Shown one piece after another: positions 1-12,985 of a stretch of 64,000 nt of DNA. The translations under genes and the position numbers were made by a program. The stretch is from Eukaryota sp. TZLM1-RC. Taxonomy: Eukaryota; Protista; Metamonada: BaSk clade. Positions within the stretch are counted from its first letter, which is position 1; every line of letters begins with the position of its first letter. Where the stretch lies: the NCBI GenBank assembly GCA_040285825.1, contig JAUPSS010000011.1, forward strand, positions 879,658-943,657, given 5' to 3'. The notes beneath the pieces were generated by a model that saw only the letters and a list, made by a program, of their open reading frames with translations, had not been told where the DNA came from and made no database searches.

Positions 1-2053
1 AGGTTCATTGTATTTTTGAATTTAAAATTTTCAGCATTTGAAAGGGGATTATGAATTTCAGAATTAACAAGCCTTTCATTTGAGGCATTACAAGGATCAA
101 CAGACATTACATCCAATAAAATGAAGCTTCCATCTAATCCAGGTAATATGACATCACCTCTATTATTCTTATGAAAATCATTTTCAGCATCAAACAGATT
201 TGACAACAAAGGTTCCAAGAAGGATTCAATTCTATGAGATTTACACATACAATATAACTGGTCTCTCACAGCATCATGAACCTTGCTTCTAAAAGTAATA
301 AAATGTTTACAATTTAACAAATGAGTAGTTGTAATTTCTCGAGAACATTTACAAATTAAATTATGAGGTAAATTATCAGGCCAGATAAAGGAACGAAATC
401 TCATATTCAGAGTCCAAGCAGAATCGGATAAGAGAGTACCATAAACTTGTGGAATTGTTGTTACTAAGGCAGAAGAAGTACTGTCACACATATCTTGTAA
501 AAGATTTGCAAAAGCGGGATTCTTTTTCTTGGCCAAGCCAAGTCTAACATCAAAATCCAAGCTTTCAAAAATCTTTGACAATTTTGTTGAAGCTTTTTAC
601 AGCAAAACTGTAAATTAAATAGAGATCGGTTTGGAATTTCTTGAATTGATTGAGGAAAACATTTGGTCCAAATTTGTGGCGGTAATTTTTCAAGTTCACA
701 AGATAACTCATACAAATAGGGACTACAATTGGGGACTAACAGATGAGAATCATCAGGAAATCTACGAGAAAATTCATAAATAAAATTTTTGCCACCACCC
801 AAGAATGCTGATTGACACAAAATTGAAGATTTAGTAAAACCAATACCACCCAAATTTGCTGAAGAAAATAAATGGCTTTTCAACATTCCTGGTTCTACAT
901 CCAATAAATCAGCAAAAAATTCTGTTCTCAATGAATTAAAAGAACGACAAAAATCTAATGCTATGGAAGGAGCACAAGATCTCAAAATGTGGGTTATTCT
1001 CCCAGTGTAGCAAATTTTAAGCATGAAAAATTTAATATGCTTTTCTATATCTAAAGAAGAAATTGAATCAAGTTCAATTTTCATTTTTTCCAAAATACCT
1101 TGCAATTCATTCTGAATTTGAGGCACATTTCCTAACCAACAACCAAGGAACTTAAAAGCATCACTACTATAATTAGTAAAAGGGACAATAGAATCGTTTA
1201 TCACGAGGTCTTGAGCAGAAGAGCCAATCAGAAGGCATTTGCTGGCATTAAGATGAAGCCCAATATTTTCATATGAATCGGCAATTTCTTGAGCAACCAA
1301 TTCTAGTAAATCAAATGAACCAATCAAGGATATATCATCCATATAAGCAACTATTTTTATAGAAGGGTATTTTTGCTTAATGATATTTAAAGTTTTGTGA
1401 ATAGCTAAACAAAACAATAATGGGCCTAAAGGATCTCCCTGCTTCACTCCAGAAGATGATTTAAGACCAAATGAATTAAAAATTAAATCTGATTCTTTCC
1501 CATAAAAATGGTAGAAAAAAACTCGATAGCTCAGGAAAATCAGATTTAATAACTTCAAAAATTGCTTCTCGCTTTACAGAATTAAAAGCATTTTTAAAGT
1601 CGAGATTAAAAATAAAATTATTTTCCTCTGCATTAAAAAAGGTATCAGAGGCAATAGCAGCAACAGAAGCACCATCAATTGTTTTGATTCCAAATTGATG
1701 AGGATTCAAAAATGTATAAGCTTTGTCTTTGACACGATCGAAGACAATTGATGCTAGCAAACGAGAAAGAGATTCACCAACAGCAATTGGGCGTATTCCA
1801 TCAGGTTTGATTCCGTTTCCAGGCTTTACTAAAGCAATCAGACGTGCTGCGAGTAATTCAAATGGAGGATTAATTTTCAAAACAATCAATTGTTGAAAAT
1901 AGTGGGCTAGATCATCAGCAATTTCGGGAGCACTGCAACACGCTATTTTTAAGAGATCAAAAGAAATTCCAGATGGGGCTGCTGCTTTCCCCTTTGGCAA
2001 TTTTTGAATAGCTTTAAGAACTTCAATTGCAGTAATAGGATTTTCAATCCAAA
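1..2053 (-). mobile_element. Family A copy, 5'-truncated, 3' end outside window
   Basis: ORFs 464-1558 and 1476-2072 carry RT motifs QGDPLGP and YMDD; same 5' junction (aaaccatgaagaa) as at 12983 and 20877. Confidence 0.9.
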
Positions 2054-2209
2054 CCATGAAGAAGGACATCAAAAATACAATTACGTTTCACAGAATTGAA
2101 AGCATTTTTGAAATCCAAATTAAAAATATATTGATGCTGTTGACTATTGAAAAAAACATCTGAAGTCATTGAAGCAACAGAAGCACCTTTAACAGTTTTT
2201 ATACCAAAT
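2054..2209 (-). mobile_element. Family B RT fragment
   Basis: Reverse complement of about 21460-21615. Confidence 0.85.
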
Positions 2210-2637
2210 GTTGAAAAATTGAAATCCCTCCATCCAACTGAACATTTTTGCCCCAGTAAGCCTTCTATTTGTCAATATTGGCTCGAAAATCCATTTCAGG
2301 CTCAAGAAGTATTGAATGCCGTTGCTAAATTACCAAAAGGAAAAGCTGCTGGTCCTTCAGGCATTTCCTTTGATTTGTTAAAAACTGCCTGTAAAAATGC
2401 TCCTGAAATTGTTGAGGATCTTGCTTCCTATTTTCAAAATTTAATGTGTTTAAATTATGTTCCTCCGCCTGAATTGACTGCTGCCCGTTTAGTTGCTTTA
2501 GTTAAACCTGGTAAAGGTGACAAACCTGATGGAGTTAGACCAATTGCTATTGGAGAGTCATTAACCAGATTGCTTTCTTCGCTTATTTTTAACAGAATTT
2601 CTACTAAAGCAAGGGACTATTTGAAGCCTTTCCAATT
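2209..2637 (+). mobile_element. Family B RT N-terminal fragment
   Basis: Matches 21035-21463; encodes KGKAAGPSG and RPIAIGE. Confidence 0.9.
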
Positions 2638-3904
2638 TTTTTTATTATTTATTTTTATTCAACAACAAATATGAAATTCACAATTAAAACTCCCCATCCT
2701 CGAAACCTGCCTCCCCTGCATCAAAACAATTAATTGCTAAAGATTCAGAAAATTTCCCAAAAGAAGATAGTGAATCAGAAATTAGTTTTACCATTCCCTT
2801 AAAAATAGAAAATACAATCCTGTTTTGCCAGTAAACACGATTGAAAATTCTTCCAGTTCTTTCCTTTACAACTACAACAAAATCCTCGAGGAAAGCCATA
2901 GCAGCCTTACCTAGAGATCCAAGCAAAGAAAAAACAAATGGACATAAATTATATTGGGCATGAGAATTTTCATTAACCGAGGAAATGGGTTTCGCATATT
3001 TAGCAATTTTATATTTTTCGCCTGCAAGAAGAGGATTATTTACATCCGAGTTAATGAGATGTTCGTTAGAGGAATTACAAGGGTCAATAGACATGGCGTC
3101 CAAAATAGTAAAACTACCATTTAAACCAGGAACAACTAGATCACCTCTAGTCAGACCCATAGAAGCTCTCTTGTAACGCGTACTATCAATATTGGGATCA
3201 TCAAGAATTAATTTTGATAACAGCGGTTCTAAAAAGGAATCTACACGATATGATTTGCACATTACATAAATTTGGTCCCTGACGTTATTATGCACTTTGC
3301 TTCTAAACGTAGTGAAATGTTTGCAGTTCAAAAGATGAGTAAACAACAGAGGTTTACCACATTTACAAGTTAAATGATTGGGCAAATTGTTTGGTCACAG
3401 AAAATAACGAAAACGCATGTTTAGAAGCCATTCATTGTTTTTTCAACAAAAGTCCATAAACAGAGGCAACTTGAGTTACTAAAGCAGCAGCTGAACTATC
3501 ACGAATATCCTTTAAAAAATTACCGAAAGCGGGACTTTTAGTTTTGGCCAATCCAAGTCTTACTTCATAATCCAAGCCTTTATATAATTTAACCAGATGG
3601 TGCTGAAGCTTTTTCAAGCAAAAACGTAAATTTGGAAGTGATCGGGTGGGAATTTCTTGAACATTTTGAGGAAAACACTGAATCCAGATATCACTAGGCA
3701 AATTTTCTAATTCAAATTGCAGTTGATTCAAGTAAAAATTTGATTCACCATTGATCAGATGAACATCAAAAGGGAACCTTTGGAAAAAATCAAAAACAAA
3801 ATTTTTACCACCTCCCAAAAATGCTGCTTTACACAGAATCGAAGAACAAAATACATGACTTCGAATTAAAGATTCATTTACTTCTAATAAAGAAGAAAAA
3901 AATT
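2636..3904 (-). mobile_element. Family B 3' part (zinc finger + RLE + tail)
   Basis: ORF 2684-3385 ends GFEDGEF*; AATAAA and A-tail at 2636-2660; internal deletion of about 30 bp near 3845. Confidence 0.9.
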
Positions 3905-4073
3905 TGCTCTTTTCAGCAAAGCAAAGTGGAGTTTCATCTCTTTTAGCAAAGTCAATTGCTGAGTCTTTACAAACATCAACAGTGACAACATCAACAACTT
4001 TAATAACACCATCAGACGCAGGGGTAATTAAATCAGCACGGCGTTTCCCAAAAGTATTTTCATTTTCATTTTC

Positions 4074-7000
4074 TTTGTTTTTAAAATTTAATTTTATTCT
4101 AAACCTATAAATCAACATCTAAAAAATCCATCTCTCCCAAAACAAAAACACTAGATGCAACTCTCTCATAGTGAGATCCAAGAGAAAGCAAAGCATCAGA
4201 AACCATCTTCAACATTCCCTTAAAAATAGAAAACACAATTCTATTTTGCCAAAACAATCTGTTGAAATTTCTGCCAGTTCTTTTTTTTTTTTTTTAAAAT
4301 TTAATTTTATTCTAAACCTATAAATCAACATCTAAAAAATCCATCTCTCCCAAAACAAAAACACTAGATGCAACTCTCTCATAGTGAGATCCAAGAGAAA
4401 GCAAAGCATCAGAAACCATCTTCAACATCCCTTAAAAATTATAAAATTTAATTTTATTCTAAACCTATAAATCAACATCTAAAAAATCCATCTCTCCCAA
4501 AACAAAAACACTAGATGCAACTCTCTCATAGTGAGATCCAAGAGAAAGCAAAGCATCAGAAACCATCTTCAACATCCCCTTAAAAATAGAAAACACAATT
4601 CTATTTTGACAAAACAATCTGTTGAAATTTCTGCCAGTTCTTCTCTTTACAATCATTTCAAAATCATCCAAAAAACGTAAAGCAGTTGGTGCAAGTGAAC
4701 CAAAAAGGGAAAATACAAATGGATACAAATTGTATTTTGCATGCTGTAGACTGGCCAATTTGGACAAAGGTTCATTGTATTTTTGAATTTAAAATTTTCA
4801 GCATTTGAAAGGGGATTATGAATTTCAGAATTAACAAGCCTTTCATTTGAGGCATTACAAGGATCAACAGACATTACATCCAATAAAATGAAGCTTCCAT
4901 CTAATCCAGGTAATATGACATCACCTCTATTATTCTTATGAAAATCATTTTCAGCATCAAACAGATTTGACAACAAAGGTTCCAAGAAGGATTCAATTCT
5001 ATGAGATTTACACATACAATATAACTGGTCTCTTACAGCATCATGAACCTTGCTTCTAAAAGTAATAAAATGTTTACAATTTAACAAATGAGTAGTTGTA
5101 ATTTCTCGAGAACATTTACAAATTAAATTATGAGGTAAATTATCAGGCCAGATAAAGGAACGAAATCTCATATTCAGAGTCCAAGCAGAATCGGATAAGA
5201 GAGTACCATAAACTTGTGGAATTGTTGTTACTAAGGCAGAAGAAGTACTGTCACACATATCTTGTAAAAAGATTTGCAAAAGCGGGATTCTTTTTCTTGG
5301 CCAAGCCAAGTCTAACATCAAAATCCAAGCTTTCAAAAAATCTTTGACAATTTTTGTTGAAGCTTTTTACAGCAAAACTGTAAATTAAATAGAGATCGGT
5401 TTGGAATTTCTTGAATTGATTGAGGAAAACATTTGGTCCAAATTTGTGGCGGTAATTTTTCAAGTTCACAAGATAACTCATACAAATAGGGACTACAATT
5501 GGGGACTAACAGATGAGAATCATCAGGAAATCTACGAGAAAATTCATAAATAAAATTTTTGCCACCACCCAAGAATGCTGATTGACACAAAATTGAAGAT
5601 TTAGTAAATCCAATACCCCCCAAATTTGCTGAAGAAAATAAATGGCTTTTCAACATTCCTGGTTCTACATCCAATAAATCAGCAAAAATTCTGTTCTCAA
5701 TGAATTAAAAGAACGACAAAAATCTAATGCTATGGAAGGAGCACAAGATCTCAAAATGTGGGTTATTCTCCCAGTGTAGCAAATTTTAAGCATAAAAAAA
5801 TTTAATATGCTTTTCTATATCTAAAGAAGAAATTGAATCAAGTTCAATTTTCATTTTTCCAAAATAACTTGCAATTCATTCTGAATTTGAGGCACATTTC
5901 CTAACCAACAACCAAGGAACTTAAAAGCATCACTACTATAATTAGTAAAAGGGACAATAGAATCGTTTATCACGAGGTCTTGAGCAGAAGAGCCAATCAG
6001 AAGGCATTTGCTGGCATTAAGATGAAGCCCAATATTTTCATATGAATCGGCAATTTCTTGAGCAACCAATTCTAGTAAATCAAATGAACCAATCAAGGAT
6101 ATATCATCCATATAAGCAACTATTTTTATAGAAGGGTATTTTTGCTTAATGATATTTAAAGTTTTGTGAATAGCCAAACAAAACAATAATGGACCTAAAG
6201 GGTCACCTTGCTTCACACCAGAAGATGATTTAAGAGCAAATGAATTAAAAATTAAATCTGATTCTTTACCATAAAAATGGTAGAAAAAAACTCGATAGCT
6301 CAGGAAAATCAGATTTAATAACTTCAAAAATTGCTTCTCGCTTTACAGAATTAAAAGCATTTTTAAAGTCGAGATTAAAAATAAAATTATTTTCCTCTGC
6401 ATTAAAAAAGGTATCAGAGGCAATAGCAGCAACAGAAGCACCATCAATTGTTTTGATTCCAAATTGATGAGGATTCAAAAATGTAGAGGCTTTGTCTTTG
6501 ACACGATCGAAGACAATTGATGCCAGCAAACGAGAAAGAGATTCACCAACAGCAATTGGGCGTATTCCATCAGGTTTGATTCCGTTTCCAGGCTTTACTA
6601 AAGCAATCAGACGTGCTGCGAGCAATTCAAATGGAGGATTTATTTTCAAAACAATTAATTGTTGAAAATAGTGGGCTAGATCATCAGCAATTTCGGGAGC
6701 ACTGGAACACGCTATTTTTAAGAGATCAAAAGAAATTCCAGATGGGCCTGCTGCTTTCCCCTTAGGTAATTTTTGAATAGCTTTAAGAACCTCAATTGCA
6801 GTAATAGGATTTTCAATCCAAAAAGGACACACTTCAGGCTTGCTGCACTTGAAATTTTCTTGAGGATGCAACTTTTGGAGTTTTTCAAGGGTATCAGAGT
6901 TTACATCAGCCAAAGAAGAGGAAAACAAAGACTGCTTTGCGGCACCATAACGACCACGTAAGCACAATTTTCGGCAAATTTTTGATTTTACAATTTTTCT

Positions 7001-7889
7001 ATTTCCAAATTTTTTTCTTAAAACAATTTTTGTTTTTTCTAGCAAAATATTTCCAGAAGGATGAAATATTCCACTTATTATTTTTCAATTCAGAAGTAAA
7101 ATTTCTCATTTCCATTGAGAAGGGGATTGTGCTGGCGGGACTTATTTCTACTGGGATCCGGATCGGGGGTCTTACGGTATCAACGGCTTTACAATTCGTA
7201 CAAAACAGAAGTTTTCGACCATTTCGTGAATCTGCAACATCTTTTTTGCAAAATGGACAACAAAAATTACTGTTCTGCCAGTTCTTCTCTTTACAATCAT
7301 TTCAAAATCATCCAAAAAACGTAAAGCAGTTGGTGCAAGTGAACCAAAAAGGGAAAATACAAATGGATACAAATTGTATTTTGCATGCTGTAGACTGGCC
7401 AATTTGGACAAAGGTTCATTGTATTTTTTGAATTTAAAATTTTCAGCATTTGAAAGGGGATTATGAATTTCAGAATTAACAAGCCTTTCATTTGAGGCAT
7501 TACAAGGATCAACAGACATTACATCCAATAAAATGAAGCTTCCATCTAATCCAGGTAATATGACATCACCTCTATTATTCTTATGAAAATCATTTTCAGC
7601 ATCAAACAGATTTGACAACAAAGGTTCCAAGAAGGATTCAATTCTATGAGATTTACACATACAATATAACTGGTCTCTCACAGCATCATGAACCTTGCTT
7701 CTAAAAGTAATAAAATGTTTACAATTTAACAAATGAGTAGTTGTAATTTCTCGAGAACATTTACAAATTAAATTATGAGGTAAATTATCAGGCCAGATAA
7801 AGGAACGAAATCTCATATTCAGAGTCCAAGCAGAATCGGATAAGAGAGTACCATAAACTTGTGGAATTGTTGTTACTAAGGCAGAAGAA
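4074..7889 (-). mobile_element. Family A 3' 0.8 kb copy (4074-4282 + 7273-7889) inserted in F
   Basis: Uninterrupted paralog at 15007-15820. Confidence 0.85.
4283..7272 (-). mobile_element. Family A insertion (155 bp 3' stub + 2.8 kb copy) inside another A
   Basis: TSD ttctgccagttctt at 4269-4282 and 7273-7286; RT ORFs 5851-6327 and 6266-7045. Confidence 0.9.
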
Positions 7890-7978
7890 ATTTCATTTTC
7901 AGATGACAACCTTCGCACAAGTGGTTCAACAAAAGCCTCAATGTGATGGCTTTTGCACATAGCGTATAGTTGGTCTCT

Positions 7979-8377
7979 AACTTAAAAGCTTGTTGGTCAT
8001 AATTGATAAAAGGAATCTGAGCTCCACCAATCATCAAAGATTGTTTTTCTCTACCAATCAAGAGACATTTAGATGGGTTCAAAGCTAAACCAATTTCTTT
8101 GTATTTCGCCGCAATGTCTTCAGAAACCCTAGAAATGCTTTCAAAAGAACCAATAATAGAAATGTCATCCATATAGGCAACAATACGCAAATCAGGGAAA
8201 TCTTGTTGTGTCATTTTAATAATATTATGAATAGCCAAACAAAACAGCAAAGGGCCAAGAGGATCACCTTGTTTCACACCAGAAGAAGATTCAAGGGTAA
8301 ACGAGTCAAAAATTAAGTCTGATTTTTTTCCATAAAATAAATAAAAATATGCAGTAAGTTCAGGAAACCATGAAGAA
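7979..8377 (-). mobile_element. Family B RT core fragment
   Basis: KQGDPLGP...AYMDD in ORF 7876-8277; continues at 12983. Confidence 0.9.
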
Positions 8378-8410
8378 TTTTTTTTTTAAAAATTTAATTT
8401 TATTCTAAAC

Positions 8411-10273
8411 CTATAAATCAACATCTAAAAAATACATCTCTCCCAAAACAAAAACACTAGATGCAACTCTCTCATAGTGAGATCCAAGAGAAAGCAAAGC
8501 ATCAGAAACCATCTTCAACATCCCCTTAAAAATAGAAAACACAATTCTATTTTGCCAAAACAATCTGTTGAAATTTCTGCCAGTTCTTCTCTTTACAATC
8601 ATTTCAAAATCATCCAAATAACGTAAAAGCAGTTGGTGCAAGTGAACCAAAAGGGAAAATACAAATGGATACAAATTGTATTTTTGCATGCTGTAGACTG
8701 GCCAATTTGGACAAAGGTTCATTGTATTTTTGAATTTAAAATTTTCAGCATTTGAAAGGGGATTATGAATTTCAGAATTAACAAGCCTTTCATTTGAGGC
8801 ATTACAAGGATCAACAGACATTACATCCAATAAAATGAAGCTTCCATCTAATCCAGGTAATATGACATCACCTCTATTATTCTTATGAAAATCATTTTCA
8901 GCATCAAACAGATTTGACAACAAAGGTTCCAAGAAGGATTCAATTCTATGAGATTTACACATACAATATAACTGGTCTCTTACAGCATCATGAACCTTGC
9001 TTCTAAAAGTAATAAAATGTTTACAATTTAACAAATGAGTAGTTGTAATTTCTCGAGAACATTTACAAATTAAATTATGAGGTAAATTATCAGGCCAGAT
9101 AAAGGAAGGAAATCTCATATTCAGAGTCCAAGCAGAATCGGATAAGAGAGTACCATAAACTTGTGGAATTGTTGTTACTAAGGCAGAAGAAGTACTGTCA
9201 CACATATCTTGTAAAAGATTTGCAAAAGCGGGATTCTTTTTCTTGGCCAAGCCAAGTCTAACATCAAAATCCAAGCTTTCAAAAATCTTTGACAATTTTT
9301 GTTGAAGCTTTTTACAGCAAAACTGTAAATTAAATAGAGATCGGTTTGGAATTTCTTGAATTGATTGAGGAAAACATTTGGTCCAAATTTGTGGCGGTAA
9401 TTTTTCAAGTTCACAAGATAACTCATACAAATAGGGACTACAATTGGGGACTAACAGATGAGAATCATCAGGAAATCTACGAGAAAATTCATAAATAAAA
9501 TTTTTGCCACCACCCAAGAATGCTGATTGACACAAAATTGAAGATTTAGTAAAACCAATACCACCCAAATTTGCTGAAGAAAATAAATGGCTTTTCAACA
9601 TTCCTGGTTCTACATCCAATAAATCAGCAAAAAATTCTGTTCTCAATGAATTAAAAGAACGACAAAAATCTAATGCTATGGAAGGAGCACAAGATCTCAA
9701 AATGTGGGTTATTCTCCCAGTGTAGCAAATTTTAAGCATGAAAAATTTAATATGCTTTTCTATATCTAAAGAAGAAATTGAATCAAGTTCAATTTTCATT
9801 TTTTCCAAAATACCTTGCAATTCATTCTGAATTTGAGGCACATTTCCTAACCAACAACCAAGGAACTTAAAAGCATCACTACTATAATTAGTAAAAGGGA
9901 CAATAGAATCGTTTATCACGAGGTCTTGAGCAGAAGAGCCAATCAGAAGGCATTTGCTGGCATTAAGATGAAGCCCAATATTTTCATATGAATCGGCAAT
10001 TTCTTGAGCAACCAATTCTAGTAAATCAAATGAACCAATCAAGGATATATCATCCATATAAGCAACTATTTTTATAGAAGGGTATTTTTGCTTAATGATA
10101 TTTAAAGTTTTGTGAATAGCTAAACAAAACAATAATGGGCCTAAAGGATCTCCCTGCTTCACTCCAGAAGATGATTTAAGACCAAATGAATTAAAAATTA
10201 AATCTGATTCTTTCCCATAAAAATGGTAGAAAAAAACTCGATAGCTCAGGAAAATCAGATTTAATAACTTCAA
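8411..10273 (-). CDS. Family A polyprotein fragment: RT C-half, zinc finger, RLE
   Basis: 620 aa ORF with QGDPLGP, YMDD, CKC-x7-H-x3-C, HDAVRD, RGD..D. Confidence 0.85.
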   Translation of the reverse strand: MKLLNLIFLSYRVFFYHFYGKESDLIFNSFGLKSSSGVKQGDPLGPLLFCLAIHKTLNIIKQKYPSIKIVAYMDDISLIGSFDLLELVAQEIADSYENIGLHLNASKCLLIGSSAQDLVINDSIVPFTNYSSDAFKFLGCWLGNVPQIQNELQGILEKMKIELDSISSLDIEKHIKFFMLKICYTGRITHILRSCAPSIALDFCRSFNSLRTEFFADLLDVEPGMLKSHLFSSANLGGIGFTKSSILCQSAFLGGGKNFIYEFSRRFPDDSHLLVPNCSPYLYELSCELEKLPPQIWTKCFPQSIQEIPNRSLFNLQFCCKKLQQKLSKIFESLDFDVRLGLAKKKNPAFANLLQDMCDSTSSALVTTIPQVYGTLLSDSAWTLNMRFPSFIWPDNLPHNLICKCSREITTTHLLNCKHFITFRSKVHDAVRDQLYCMCKSHRIESFLEPLLSNLFDAENDFHKNNRGDVILPGLDGSFILLDVMSVDPCNASNERLVNSEIHNPLSNAENFKFKNTMNLCPNWPVYSMQKYNLYPFVFSLLVHLHQLLLRYLDDFEMIVKRRTGRNFNRLFWQNRIVFSIFKGMLKMVSDALLSLGSHYERVASSVFVLGEMYFLDVDL

Positions 10274-10616
10274 AAATTGCTTCTCGCTTTACAGAATTAA
10301 AAGCATTTTTAAAGTCGAGATTAAAAATAAAATTATTTTCCTCTGCATTAAAAAAGGTATCAGAGGCAATAGCAGCAACAGAAGCACCATCAATTGTTTT
10401 GATTCCAAATTGATGAGGATTCAAAAATGTATAAGCTTTGTCTTTGACACGATCGAAGACAATTGATGCTAGCAAACGAGAAAGAGATTCACCAACAGCA
10501 ATTGGGCGTATTCCATCAGGTTTGATTCCGTTTCCAGGCTTTACTAAAGCAATCAGACGTGCTGCGAGTAATTCAAATGGAGGATTAATTTTCAAAACAA
10601 TCAATTGTTGAAAATA

Positions 10617-12820
10617 TTTTAATTTATTATTAAACACAGTCTAAATTTTTTTTTTTTTTTTTAAAAAAATTAATTTTATTCTAAACCTATAAATCAACAT
10701 CTAAAAAAATCCATCTCTCCCAAAACAAAAACACTAGATGCAACTCTCTCATAGTGAGATCCAAGAGAAAGCAAAGCATCAGAAACCATCATCAACATCC
10801 CCTTAAAAATAGAAAACACAATTCTATTTTGCCAAAACAATCTGTTGAAATTTCTGCCAGTTCTTCTCTTTACAATCATTTCAAAATCATCCAAAAAACG
10901 TAAAGCAGTTGGTGCAAGTGAACCAAAAGGGAAAATACAAATGGATACAAATTGTATTTTGCATGCTGTAGACTGGCCAATTTGGACAAAGGTTCATTGT
11001 ATTTTTTTGAATTTAAAATTTTCAGCATTTGAAAGGGGATTATGAATTTCAGAATTAACAAGCCTTTCATTTGAGGCATTACAAGGATCAACAGACATTA
11101 CATCCAATAAAATAAAGCTTCCATCTAATCCAGGTAATATGACATCACCTCTATTATTCTTATGAAAATCATTTTCAGCATCAAACAGATTTGACAACAG
11201 AGGTTCCAAGAAGGATTCAATTCTATGAGATTTACACATACAATATAACTGGTCTCTTACAGCATCATGAACCTTGCTTCTAAAAGTAATAAAATGTTTA
11301 CAATTTAACAAATGAGTAGTTGTAATTTCTCGAGAACATTTACAAATTAAATTATGAGGTAAATTATCAGGCCAGATAAAGGAACGAAATCTCATATTCA
11401 GAGTCCAAGCAGAATCGGATAAGAGAGTACCATATACTTGCGGAATTGTTGTTACTAAGGCAGAAGAAGTACTGTCACACATATCTTGTAAAAAGATTTG
11501 CAAAAGCGGGATTCTTTTTTCTTGGCCAAGCCAAGTCTAACATCAAAATCCAAGCTTTCAAAAATCTTTGACAATTTTTGTTGAAGCTTTTTACAGCAAA
11601 ACTGTAAATTAAATAGAGATCGGTTTGGAATTTCTTGAATTGATTGAGGAAAGCATTTGGTCCAAATTTGTGGCGGTAATTTTTCAAGTTCACAAGATAA
11701 CTTATACAAATAGGGACTACAATTGGGGACTAACAGATGGGAATCATCAGGAAATCTACGAGAAAATTCATAAATAAAATTTTGCCACCACCCAAGAATG
11801 CTGATTGACACAAAATTGAAGATTTAGTAAATCCAATACCCCCCAAATTTGCTGAAGAAAATAAATGGCTTTTCAACATTCCTGGTTCTACATCCAATAA
11901 ATCAGCAAAAAAATTCTGTTCTCAATGAATTAAAAGAACGACAAAAATCTAATGCTATGGAAGGAGCAGAAGATCTCAAAATGTGGGTTATTCTCCCAGT
12001 GTAGCAAATTTTAAGCATAAAAAATTTAATATGCTTTTCTATATCTAAAGAAGAAATTGAATCAAGTTCAATTTTCATTTTTTCCAAAATAACTTGCAAT
12101 TCATTCTGAATTTGAGGCACATTTCCTAACCAACAACCAAGGAACTTAAAAGCATCACTACTATAATTAGTAAAAGGGACAATAGAATCGTTTATCACGA
12201 GGTCTTGAGCAGAAAAGCCAATCAGAAGGCATTTGCTGGCATTAAGATGAAGCCCAATATTTTCATATGAATCGGCAATTTCTTGAGCAACCAATTCTAG
12301 TAAATCAAATGAACCAATCAAGGATAAATCATCCATATAAGCAACTATTTTTATAGAAGGGTATTTTTGCTTAATGATATTTAAAGTTTTGTGAATAGCT
12401 AAACAAAACAATAATGGGCCTAAAGGGTCACCTTGCTTCACACCAGAAGATGATTTAAGAGCAAATGAATTAAAAATTAAATCTGATTCTTTACCATAAA
12501 AATGGTAGAAAAAACTCGATAGCTCAGGAAAATCAGATTTAATAACTTCAAAAATTGCTTCTCGCTTTACAGAATTAAAAGCATTTTTAAAGTCGAGATT
12601 AAAAATAAAATTATTTTCCTCTGCATTAAAAAAGGTATCAGAGGCAATAGCAGCAACAGAAGCACCATCAATTGTTTTGATTCCAAATTGATGAGGATTT
12701 AAAAAAGTAGAAGCTTTGTCTTTGACACGATCGAAGACAATTGATGCCAGCAAACGAGAAAGAGATTCAACAACAGCAATTGGGCGTATTCCATCAGGTT
12801 TGATTTCGTTTCCAGGCTTT
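10617..12820 (-). mobile_element. Family D tail stub (10617-10645) + family A copy (10646-12820) under one TSD
   Basis: TSD attgttgaaaata at 10604-10616 and 12821-12833. Confidence 0.85.
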
Positions 12821-12985
12821 ATTGTTGAAAATAGTGGGCTAGATCATCAGCAATTTCGGGAGCACTGGAACATGCTATTTTTAAGAGATCAAAAGAAATT
12901 CCAGATGGGCCTGCTGCTTTCCCCTTTGGCAATTTCTGAATAGCTTTAAGAACTTCAATTGCAGTAATAGGATTTTCAATCCAAA

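Larger units (their letters stand above)
3905..7981 (-). mobile_element. Family F internal RLE fragment (3905-4073 + 7890-7981) split by family A insertions
   Basis: Joined pieces read VRDQLYAMCKSHHIEAFVEPLVRRLSSENENTFGKRRADLITPASDG; TSD about attttcattttc. Confidence 0.8.
8378..12985 (-). mobile_element. Family A 2.4 kb copy (8378-10616 + 12821-12985) inserted in B
   Basis: TSD aaaccatgaagaa at 8365-8377 and 12983-12995; uninterrupted paralog at 18489-20876. Confidence 0.9.

Noticed and set aside
2054-2637. Twin-priming 5' inversion of B
   Set aside because: The paralog at 20877-27972 shows B(+) continuing to its own tail and the host B(-) resuming, i.e. an antisense insertion; the empty site is at about 16818.
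12815-12825. Internal deletion in family A
   Set aside because: It is the 5' junction of a nested insertion bounded by TSD attgttgaaaata.
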